Assembly: GCA_002633005.1 (NCBI GenBank)
Contig: NMRA01000276.1
Span: 160,172-224,171 of the forward strand
DNA length: 64,000 nucleotides
Direction of reading: 5' to 3'
DNA from: Phoronis australis
Taxonomy: Eukaryota; Animalia; Phoronida
The position numbers were made by a program, and so were the translations under genes. Of this stretch, positions 38,313-49,567 are shown one piece after another. The notes beneath the pieces were generated by a model. That model was not told where the DNA came from, did no database searches, and saw nothing but the letters and a program-made list of their open reading frames with translations. Numbering within the stretch: the stretch's first letter is position 1; every line of letters begins with the position of its first letter.

Positions 38313-40595
38313 TTTTACCTGTACTGGTTTGTCATGTAGCAGACATTACTAACTGTGCTTCACATTTTGTAACGAATTGGAGAAGGTAACTAGATTCTTA
38401 TATTTTATTTCTTGTATTGAAATCTCTGTGTATGTTGCAACAAAAGGCTGAAATGTGATGAAAAATGTTTATTTTTAAAGCAAAAATGATGGAAATTTGG
38501 GCACAGAAAAAACATCCAACACCTTTTGGGCACAAAAGGGAGTCAGAAGAAATAACCTTTTTCAAGCGGAAAGGGTCGTTTTGCACTTGCAATTTTATTT
38601 CAGTGCAGACTTTATGAAAAAAATAGCTTTTAAAACTTGATCCACGCTCCATGGGACAAACGCTGTTTCTTCCAGCGTGCACTGCATTCTCCAATGCGAA
38701 ATTAAAATGTGTCATGTGAGGTGTCTTCAGTTGTGCCACAGTGCAATAAAAATGACACAGATAGCATAAGCAAGAATATTTGTGACCTGGGCTTTTCATT
38801 CATGATGGTGAATCACAGCAGGTTGCAGATATGAGTGAACTAAGACACTAAATAGGGTTAAAGGACAAAATATTTGATAATCAAAATATTCAGAGGTGAC
38901 TGACTTATTCAGTCAGTGTAGGTAAGGTCGGTTTCTCATTAGAGGATCTTTGGTTTACCGAAGCTTCGCCAAAACTTCTCTTACCTTTCCGACTAGACAG
39001 CAATTTGAAGTTATTGGCAAGATACCAGATGACGCAGTTCATTCGTATTCTCAAATCAATATTGAGTAGTGGGTTCAAGGCTAACTGAAAATTTTTCTCC
39101 TGTGAAAAAAAAATGATTGTCATTCGTTATCAGATTATATGCTAACCTTTATTTTATTTAGTTTCGTGTGTCTATTGAGAGCATGTCAGCTACGCTACAA
39201 TAACAAAAAACATGTTTTGCGAGTGTCGCGTGATTGTATATTGTTGCCACGATCTCTGCCGATAACTTTCGCTCTGACCCAGTTTCCCACGACACCAAAG
39301 TTCCGGTGAGTACTGAAGTTAACCTTTCCCCTCTTACCAAAACTTTTTAAGCGAAGTTTCGCCTCTTATGGGAAAACAACTAAATCTTAAGTTAAAAACA
39401 AATGAGGTCACTCTGACAATTTAGATGCAGGTTGGAGATCATGTCAATGGCTATGGACAGTTTCAACAAGGCACCAACTGAATCCTGGCTTTGTGTACAG
39501 TCACACTGTTCATCAAATGCGAATAAATTTAATTTACTTGATTTTTTGTTAGATTTGAAATTACACTTGGAATGTTTGGAAGACTGCAATTGAAAGTCAT
39601 AATCACCTATACTTTAGAACAGAATAATTTAGGGGGGGGGGAACAATGCTTACGGAACACAAAAAATTGTTCAAAGATGATCCATCAATAGCTAACAAAC
39701 TGCAAACATGAGGTGTGCCTTTTTCACACCACTGGCTGAAAATATTGGTTTGTTGTCTAGTATTATTATTGTTATACCAAATTGGTATATACAGACTGTA
39801 AATTAGTATGCAAACCCGTATTGTACTTATATAAACTGAGACCGTACCTGTCATGAAATGAATAAGTAGTGTCATATACCAGTATGTCAAAATTATTAGG
39901 ATTTCATGAGTACTATGAATCTTGATTAATTCTAACTGACAATAAAAGACCACTTTTTGTGTTCTGCTATGCATACTTACATTGTACATGGCTTGTGTTC
40001 CAACAATGTTCGCACCTATATTTATTTCTAGTACACATAACTGCACTTGGCAAATAAGAAAACCAATTTTGTCAAGTTCTCAGGACGTCAGATTTTACAC
40101 AACGGGCAAAAGCTCAATGAGCAATGAATAATTGTACACTAGTTACTAGGTAATAACCCCATGTACGATGTAGCCATCAAGACTCATGTTTTTGGCCCAA
40201 ATTACCATTTTGACCTCCCTCACCCTGCATCATTCTGGGAGTCTGAAGCTTGCTCAGGTTTGGAGGACCCCTTACTAGATAAGATTTGACTTCTAATTTT
40301 AATTTTAAAATCTTTAATGATACCAAACCTTATTTTGACCTATTATGTCAAGTTCTCAATGACTCACGAGTTCTGCTAAACCTACAAGCGAGACCTATGC
40401 TTTGGACCTCAATAATCTGGTGAAGTTTGCCATGGTACGTACTTCTTTTGGGTGTATTCGTATAGCATGTACTTCCCATGGGCATGCTCATGTAGCTTGT
40501 ATATTCAATGGGTGTACTTGTTTTATGTGCACTTCCCTGTGTTCTGCCCTTGCTTTGTACTCGGTAAATTCATGCTTAGTTGCACCACGATTCAT

Positions 40596-42386
40596 TTATC
40601 ATGCGCCCACATATTTATATATGGACGCATTATGCCGTCATCTGTGTCCGTCTGTCTGTATGGGCGGCGTCCGTTCGGCGTCTGTCCGGCGTCCGTCCGG
40701 CGTCCATCCGGCGTCCGCTGCGCTATCTCCAAAAGCAATTGACGTATGTTCATGAAATTTTTGCACATGTGTTCCTTTTATAGATAGGACGGCATGAGCG
40801 AACTTTTGGACGAATCTGACTACTGGTGTGCTCCCTTGTGTCAAATTTAGTTTTCTACGTTTACCTCTGTATCTTCAAAGGTCCTCAACATATTTTCATA
40901 AAATTGGGTATATAGGCATCTATTAGTGAGACGACAGTATCATCTCGCTTTCGGATTGATTCAACGTAATTTGCGCCACCTAGTGGCCATTTTTACTGTT
41001 TTCAAGTCTGTTTTTTGCTGTCCACCCCGCTATCAACCAAACCGCTCTAAGCATGATTGTGAAAATTGGCATGTATGTTCTTACTATGAAGAGGAGGGTT
41101 GACGATGATTTTCTGACGACTTTGACCACTGTGGCGCCTTCTAGTGGCAGTTTTGTTTGTTTTTTTGCGCCTGTATCTCATAAACCGTTTGCAGCATCTT
41201 TACTAAATTTAGTAAGTGCATATATATGATGTTGGCAATAGACGACGATAACTTTCAGTCAGTTCCGACGACTGGTGTGCCACCTGATGGCAATTTTTTT
41301 TTACGTTTACCTCTGTATCTTCAAAGGTCCTCAACGTAATTTCATAAAATTTGGCGTACAGGCTTTTGTTAGTGAGGTGATGCTATCTCTAGATTTTCAG
41401 ATGGATTCAACCTAGTTTGCGCCACCTAGTGGCCATTTTTACTGTTTTCGTGTCTGTTTTTTGGCGTCCACCCCTCTATCAACCAAACCGCTTTCAGGAA
41501 AATTGTGAAAATTGGCAGAAATGTTTTTACTATGAAGTGGACGGCTGACAATGATTTTCCGATGACTTTGACTACTGTGGCAGCTCCTAGTGGCAGTTTC
41601 TTTTTTTGCGCCCATGGCTGTATCTCCTAAACCGTTTGCAGGATCTTTACTAAATTTAAGAAGTGTGTTTATATGATGTTGACAACGGACGATAATGATT
41701 TTGGGATGGACCTGAGTACTGGTATGCCCCCTGGTGGTAATTTTGGTTTTAGGTTTACTTCTGTATCTCCAAGGATCCTCAACAGATTTTCATGAAATTT
41801 TGATTACGGGCATCTACTGGTGAGATGACGCTATCCTCTCATTTTCAGACGGAATCAATGTCTTTTGCACCACCTAGTGGCTATTTTTGCTGTTTTTGAG
41901 TCAAGTCATTCTAACGATGGTTTTGAAATTGGCGTATATGTTCTCAGTGTGAAGCGGACGGTTGACGATGACAACTTTGACTACTGTGGCACCTCCTAGT
42001 GGTAGTTTTGTTTTGTTTTGTGCCCATAGCTGTATCTCCTAAACCCACTGTAGGTTCTGTATTAAATTTAATTACTAAATGTATTTATATGAAGCCAACA
42101 ACAATGACGACTTTCAGGCAGATCCAATGAACACTGTGTCCCCTAGTGGCAATTTCATTTTATTCTGTTTTCATTTCTTTCTCTGAAGTTCTGTGATGGA
42201 TTTCTATGAAATTTAGTGTTTAGCTTTCTATTAAATAAGCAATGACATGTTCCCATTTTCAGATGGATTGTATGTTTTTGCGCCATCTAATGGCCATTTT
42301 TATGTCACAATTAATAAGCAACCCTTACAGTACACCATTTGCAATGCATTCGTGGGCGCATTTCAACGCTCCGCGTTGCTCTTGTT
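40596..42386 (+). mobile_element. Helentron-associated non-autonomous element (HINE / DINE-1 / pearl-like) with ~148-bp core repeats
   Basis: 5' subTIR ATGCGCCCAC with nearby inverted ATGGACGCAT. GTCC/GTCT-type microsatellite at 40645-40715. Tandem cores with ~446-bp higher-order period. 3' subTIR GTGGGCGCAT plus hairpin CAACGCTCCGCGTTG plus CTCTTGTT. Confidence 0.8.
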
Positions 42387-42412
42387 AAAATAATGTTGTT
42401 TTCTTATTTTAG

Positions 42413-42456
42413 GTTCAATATATGGGGGTGTTCAGTTAATTTCAGCACCATTGATA
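42413..42456 (+). CDS. MFSD9: MFSD9-like exon 3 (44 nt)
   Basis: TTTTAG acceptor. (G)SIYGGVQLISAPLI. GTAAGT donor. Phase 1 to 0. Confidence 0.88.
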
Positions 42457-45047
42457 GTAAGTTTTTATCATTTTTACTTGTTACCCAAGTTCTATCTGGT
42501 CTGTTAATTTTTTCTATCACTGTCTGATTATTTTATGGATGGCATTTCTCTGGGCTTCATTGTCAGCTTTGAGTTGTTTTTGAAATGCAAGGGTGTTCAT
42601 TATTTAACAGTCTTGAATCTTCTGTGAAAGATTCTAATTAAGGTCTTGTAGAATCTTATTGACACAATTTTACATTAAGCCAAATATGTACAAAACTATA
42701 GAATTTAACTCAGCAAAAGTTTATATTTTCTGAAAGAAAAGTTCCATAGAAAATGATTTTTGACTTTATGCCAATCTCCCATTAATTAGGTGGCATGATT
42801 TTGCTTTTTCAATAAAATTCAATAAAATTGAGACATTAATATCAAAACTTTAGGATCAATAACATGAACAATTTTCATTGATATAAATGTTAAAGATAAA
42901 ATATCAAAAAAGCTATCACGGTTTTCTAACTTTTGGTTTTCGTTTTATATGACTTTTTTCTTAAAAATCCCATCAGTCCTATTTTTATTGCCCCTCATAC
43001 AAAAGTAGATTAATATGAAAATCCTGAACTGTGCATAAAGCATAGTACCTGAAACTTTCATGTGAATCCCACCAACCATTTCCGAGATATGATAATCTGA
43101 ATGTGGCCAAAATTGAACATTTTTCTAGGTTCCTACCCGTTAGTGACCATGATTACGCAATCATGATATGTGCTGACTTTATATCTCTGAGTTTGTATAA
43201 GACTGGCTTGTGGGGACTTCTCTGAATTTGTATAAGACTTAAGATGTTGTCAAAACCATGATGGTGTTCTGCTGTTCAGTGACTTTACCAGATTTAGAGG
43301 GTTGTGAACTTGTGAAAACATCTAGCTCCTTTAACTGCCAAGCACAGTCTTTTGTCTGGTATCACAACAAGCAGGCCAATTATCTACCAGGCTTATTACA
43401 GACCACATGTGAACACAGTCAAACCTAGAGTGTTCGGAAAGAATACATTGTCGTAACTTCGGTTGTAGTTGGGCGATTTTGGCAATTCAAAAACTAAACA
43501 TATAAAGTGATCACCATTTGACGAGGTATTTGGAAATGCTATAGATTTATATTCTAATATATTATAACGTAACATGTGTTTTTAACAGCACAGCCCAGTC
43601 AGGCTAGATATGATCTTATTGGAGATTAGAGCAATTATCGAACAAAAGAAACCTGACCCTTCAACCCTAAATGTCAGAATGGAGTTAATCAGCCGTGTAA
43701 GATATTGGCTACAGTGGCCATCTTCCCAACTTGTTGTTGGGCTATAGAATCGAAGAAGTTTGGAGCACCGGGAAAATGCCGTAATGATTACTATGCAATG
43801 TATCGAAAATAAACTACTTATAATACAATGTTTTAGTGAAAAATTGGCAGCTAATACTTAACACAGAATTAAAGAATTTCTACAAAGCATGTAAAATGAT
43901 AAAAAGAAACAACAAAAGGGATTCTGAAATGTTTAATATTAAAATATCTTCCATCAACAGAAACATGACAATTAGACTAAATGTAACCAAAATGTTGATC
44001 TAGAAATGACATGTAGCATAATGAATGGGCTTGAGAGGAGATGATTGCGATAAAGTGAGAGGAAACGATTGGTATGGCATAGTAAAGATAAAGTGAGAAG
44101 AGATGATTAGTTATATTAAAACCTTGTAATTATCTCATCTTTTTTTCTTTCTTATGTCATATTTCACCAAATAACATCTCTCAGCTTTCAATTAGTATAT
44201 CAGATCATGCTTGATTACATTTTATTATTTCCATGTTTCTTTTGGCAAAGTAGTTTCAAATAAAAATTACAACAAAAAAAAATTACAACATCCGTTATTG
44301 TCTCTTTTTATGAACCCATGTAGTTACATAAATCACATGAAGGTGCAATACCAACATCTCAGTCTGGCGATTGAAATCTGCTATTACTGTATCTCCAGCA
44401 CCGCTTACAGGATCTCAATGACATGGTGCAAATGTGTTCTTGTTAAGCTGATTGCAAATCACAATGAGTTTTAGTAAGATTTCACTACCACTATGCCCCC
44501 TAGTGGCATTTTTATTGTTTTATTTAAATTGTCTATGTGTCTTCAGAGTTTCCTGATGGATTTTTATGAAATTTGGCAAATAAATTCTGTTGAAGAGACA
44601 ATGATGCCATTCTGTTTTCAGACAGATTTGCCCTTTTCTGTACCTTTGATTGGCCAATTATTATTTTTCAGTCCTTTTTGGCATTCGCTTCTCTATGTGC
44701 CAAATTGTTCAAAATACCATCATTATGAAAATTGGCTGAAATTGTATTCCCTATGCCTGTGCAGAGGTTATAACATGTTAATACTTTTTTGCAATACACA
44801 GAATATTTTTTCAAAGATTATATTTAATGTGATGCTCTTAATTGCAATCTTTATAATTATCCGCTTATTGCCTTTCATTCAAGGCAAAATAGAACTTCAG
44901 AATAGTAAATTTGTATTATAGAGTCTGACTAATAACATTTTGTCATGAAGGAATTTTCTGTGACTTTTTTCTTTTTGGTTCTAATGCACATCTTCTGAAC
45001 GCATTCAGTATACATCACAACCGTTATGCTCAACTATTTCCCCTCAG

Positions 45048-45177
45048 GGTAGGTGGAGTGACCGTGCCGGGAGGAGACGTATTCTCATCATATGCACTCT
45101 ACTATCATCACTGGGCTACTTCATGGCTGGCTTATACAACTCTCTGCTCATGATGGTATTGGCAAGAATTCCAAATG
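45048..45177 (+). CDS. MFSD9: MFSD9-like exon 4
   Basis: CAG acceptor. GRWSDRAGRRRILIICTLLSSLGYFMAGLYNSLLMMVLARIPN(G) contains MFS motif A (G..SD..GRR). GT donor. Confidence 0.92.
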
Positions 45178-45542
45178 GTAGTTGCTTTAATTTTTTACTA
45201 ATATTTATTTGTCAAAACCATGTTTCATTCTTCTTTGAGATGGAACACTCTTATGGTTCTTTGAAAACCATTATTATTGTCTGTGTTTTGGGTGGCACCC
45301 TTTTGATCCTTCAACTTGTTAATACTGTACTATGAAATAATGCCACATGCCCCTGAGTACTGTCACAGAATGGGCCATGTTGCCATGTACCCCCGAGCTG
45401 TGATGGTTAAATGTATAATGAATATAATGGCCACTTTCTCAGTCTGAGTTTTTACTTACATCTTGCATTGGCTGCCTGTACTGTCACAATGTTTTGCTGT
45501 AGTCTGTATTTATCTCTATAATTTGCTGTTGTATGTTTCCAG

Positions 45543-45752
45543 GAATTTTCAAGCATACACAGGAGATCTCCAAGGCCTATCTAGCTGATATCACTCCTGA
45601 TAACATGCATGCCGCTGTCTATGGTAAAATCAATGCTGCAGGCAGCATGGGTTTCATTCTTGGACCAGTAGTTGGCGGACATATAGCTGAACTTCAGTTT
45701 GGATTTAACATGTGCTGCATACTGACTGGCATTATTTTTGTGCTAAATGCTG
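45543..45752 (+). CDS. MFSD9: MFSD9-like exon 5
   Basis: CAG acceptor. (G)IFKHTQEISKAYLADITP..AAVYGKINAAGSMGFILGPVVGGHIAE.. (GIFKHT and GFILGPVVGG are typical of MFSD9). GTGAGT donor. Confidence 0.93.
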
Positions 45753-46099
45753 GTGAGTGGGGCAGGTGTTTCGAAGTACCTTCTCTAGGTGGACCACTAT
45801 ACTGTTGTAAATTCTGCCTGAAGAAAATTATATGAGGGAACATTACATTGGATGGATATAGTTGTTTTAAAGATCCCATTTAAAGCCCCCTTAAATAGAT
45901 GTTTGTTAATTTATAGATATATCGGGTCACCTAGATATTCTCAAAAATACTTTAGCAACAAGAAAACTAATTTTAAAATGACTAAAACATAGTATAATCA
46001 AGCAATTGATACATGAAGTAGCATTTTTGCTCCATATTGTGTGCCAGAATACATATTAACAAAAGATTGAAAGTACACCACTATTTGAGGATTGTCAGG

Positions 46100-46350
46100 G
46101 TGACTTAGCCGACAGATGTAAGACATTTAGCCCTTTCATTACATTTAGTCATGGTGACGTAGACAGATGTAACACAATTAACTTAACCCTTCATTACATT
46201 TTGTCACAGTGACATAGACAGACGTTAAACAATTAGCTTAACCATTCGTTACATTAAGTCTTGGTGATGTAAACATACATAAGACAATTAGCTTAACCAT
46301 CCATTACATTTAGTCACAGTAACGTAGACAGGTGTAAGAAAATTAGCTTA
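46100..46350. repeat. Diverged 55-bp tandem repeat (~4.5 copies)
   Basis: TTACATTTAGTCA..GTGACGTAGACAGATGTAA.ACAATTAGCTTAACC at 46139, 46194, 46249, 46304. Confidence 0.75.
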
Positions 46351-47152
46351 GTACACTTATGTGATGCAGCTTTATTTCCTTGACATTTTGTAGCTTTCGA
46401 CCATGTCAATTTAGGTGTGATAGAGACACCAAGATATTTATAATGAGATACAGCATCAAAAACAACATTTCTTATAATGTCATAAGGGATCTAATTCTAA
46501 GTACAATTATTTAGATTTTCTTTAAGTTCACAGCCATACCCCATAAATCACTCTATTCACTGAGACAATTCAACATAAGTTGCAAGTTAGACCCTGTTGT
46601 TGAGCACAAAACCATTTCATCTAAGTTATGTCACTACGTGAATTGAATTTTTCTAAAAACTCGTCAAGATAAAAAATAAGTACCAGAGAGGGGACTTATG
46701 TGATAATTATGTAATTAACTATTAATAACTAGTTTAATTGTAATTTTGATTAATTTAGGGTGTAACAATTAAGATAAATGAATCAGTTGCAGACATGCAA
46801 AGACTAATTTTAAAAAGAGGGAAATTGTTTCAGTGATTCAAAAGATTGCTGACAGATAAAGTATGAAGTAATGAAACTAGGCTTGGTTTGATAACTGCAA
46901 CACAATCAAACTCAGTCGGGCAGGCAGTCAGAAATTCACACTGCGAACCCAGTCAATCTTTTGAAATCTCAGTGTAGGAAAGGTTAATTCAAGATGCATG
47001 GGTCACTTGCGGGAGTTGATATTCTAGGTAGCGAAATAATTCACGTGTTACTGTACAAAGTAGACTTTGAAATCTTCAGTTGATGTGTCATGCATAAAAT
47101 AACAATCTGGGATTTTCAAGTTAAAATGCTTTTTGTTTTTATGTTTGTACAG

Positions 47153-47874
47153 CAATTGTATGGGCCGTATTGCCAGAAGTGGCCGCAAAGAATCATCCTG
47201 ATCTGGTACGCAATGAATCAACAGCGTCAGTCCAGTCGCTGTCTGCTGATGAAATCACATTCCATCCCAATCGTCTACTCAGCTCCTTCAATCAAATCCA
47301 CTGGCACTTCATTTGGGACATCTTCCTTTATCGCTTCCTCATTGGATTTGCTGTGCTCATTTTCCGAACTAACTTCAACCTGATGCTGCAGTATAAGTAT
47401 GACATCACGCCAAAAACTGCTGGTTATATCATATCGTATGGTTCCATCATCAGCACAGTCTGCAGCTACATGGTGGGACGAATAGCCAGGTGGTATTCAA
47501 ATGATGCCCGTCTGCTACTTCACACAACCATACTGGCTGTATGCGTACTGTTTTCAATGGCTTATGCACCGTCACATGTGGTCCTCTGTATTCTGCTTGC
47601 ACCGTTCTCTCTTAGTAATGCCATTGGCAGAGCAACCAGCATCAAGTTGACCATCAAAAAGGGTGGCAAACAGGAAGTTGGAGCTCTGCTTGGACTCAGT
47701 CAGAGTGTCATGTCGATAGCACGCTTCTTGTCGCCTCTCATTGGTGGCATCTCTCAGGAGTTCACCAGTGACGGCCCTGCCATTGTAGGTGTGTTCTTCG
47801 CGGCTATGGCTCTGTGTGTGTTATGCATTCAGCCCATAGATCGTTTCCCCACACACAACAAAAAAGTGCAGTAG
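47153..47874 (+). CDS. MFSD9: MFSD9-like exon 6 (last coding exon; total CDS 1260 nt, 419 aa)
   Basis: CAG acceptor. (A)IVWAVLPEV...WDIFLYRFLIGFAVLIFRTNF...GALLGLSQSVMSIARFLSPLIGGISQE...KKVQ*. All six exon phases are compatible. Confidence 0.93.
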
Positions 47875-48226
47875 CATAATAATTATTTTTAAAGGCGAAG
47901 GCAACCTTTTTCCATGTCATTTTGCGCTAAAATAAGGTTGGTTGGTTATCCTAGACATATTTTTCACTTAATTACAGCTTTTCGTAATTTTATTAATTAC
48001 TTGTCCGCTTTTCCGGAAGTGACGTTCTAGGAGGCAAGCGCTTCCCGCCACTTGGTTTTGCGTTGAGCTTACTGTGCGAATCTGTTCTATTCTACTTTTG
48101 TTTTGTGCTATTTTTCACCAATTGTCGCCACCACTTTCCATCGGCGAGTATTCTGCGGCAAGATAGGTTAGTAGAGAACTCAACTGCGTTGGATTTAGGG
48201 ATTGTTTAGTGTGTTGTAAGCTGAAA

Positions 48227-48538
48227 ATGGCTGGAGTCGGTGACCCGTATCACAGTGACAGTAGTGTGAGTGACGGAGACCTTGTTCACAGCAGTGGTGA
48301 CGAGGAATTTTTTCACGGACATTCAGTGGGTGGGTACATGTTTGAGCCCGAGTACAACGAGGCAGAGTACACACAGGCACAGGCAGCTGTTGAGAGAAAC
48401 GAGGCGGCTACTGAAGACAGACGTGGTGACACATCTTGGTGCAAATGCACTGTGTGCGTTGTTATGCCTACCTCAATTGAATGCTTGTGCTGTTCCGAGT
48501 TCCACATCAATTATCTTTTTGGTCTCTTCCTCCATTAG
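48227..48538 (+). pseudogene. Truncated KolX-like protein (P2X7 ballast-like Cys-rich domain)
   Basis: GYMFEPEY...RRGDTSWCKCTVCVVMPTSIECLCCSE, then runs into antisense transposase sequence. Confidence 0.8.
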
Positions 48539-49567
48539 AGTGTATGTGGTATACTTGGCGGACCGCCCTGGTGAGTCAGACAAGTTCTCCTTCTCCATGA
48601 ATTCCGCCACCAACTCGAGATGTTGTGACATGTATGCGTCATTGACAACTGGTATTAAATAGGAATTCTGAATGTTGTTGAATGTTGTTTTCGAAAAAAA
48701 ATTGACTTTTCCAAAGTCCATCATTGTCTTCACCGACTGAAACGTGTTTCCAGTGAAGAGCACACCACTGGACATGGTTAAGTGGACCTCCGGCATACCA
48801 CGGACAGAGGAACAACTGTCCCACTTGCCAGAGTGTCCCGTGACACACTCCCACTGGATGGTGACCTGAGCACCCAAACTGCTTACATTGTGTCGTGTGA
48901 CTCCCTCGCCACACACCTGGCACCTTCTAAATAGCTCCAACACTTTAGACAAGTCCACAATAAACTTATCAAAGTTTGGCTCACCGATCTGTTCACTGGA
49001 CGACGAACTGTCCTCTTCACTGGGTGTCGAACTGGGCCTGTAATCACTCCCACTACTCAATATCGCTGCAGGGCTGCTTAGAGGCTCTGGGCTGGAGAAA
49101 ACAGCACAGGGCGAATCACTACTGGTTCCAGGAATTGCACGCTCTGGGGTACGTTCGGAGGCACGGGTGACAGTAGATGAAGTGCCTCCACTGGCTCCAG
49201 TCACTGTACTGGCCACAGCTCGCGAGGCTTCTCGCTTCAAAAACGCACTTCTCGGGGGTGGCGACGGGGCACTGCCGGGAATCAACACAGACGGAATGGC
49301 ATCCTTCTTCAAGCGTTGTTTCGCGGGGACCTTCATCAGTTCAGCGTACAAATCCCTTTCGTAATCGGACGGCAGAAAGTGCTTGCCACACACACGGTAA
49401 TTCTCCACTGCTTTGTACGTTGCGTGGACGGGTAACGCTGCGTTCTTCACACGAACGAGCCAAGTACGGCGAAGTGTGTCATCCATCGGAAAGCGATGCA
49501 AAGGCACTCCCAAAGCGCGCGTGAGCCGATAATTACTACATCCCGGTACGCAGCAACAGTGTGGCAT
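48473..49567 (-). pseudogene. Truncated Kolobok transposase: intact THAP domain, C2CH-type finger and start of the DDE core
   Basis: CCVPGCSN..HRFP..W..RVCGKHF...LKKDAIPS (THAP); CQVCG..WECVTGH; DSPGRSAKYTTYTLME..KIIDVEL, after which the protein is cut off. Confidence 0.85.

Noticed and set aside
38858-39392. Possible further Kolobok starting TTAAAGG
   Set aside because: No matching inverted terminus found
48209-48538. Host P2X7 receptor gene
   Set aside because: Only the Cys-rich ballast-like piece is present, inside TIRs with a TTAA TSD, so it is transposon KolX
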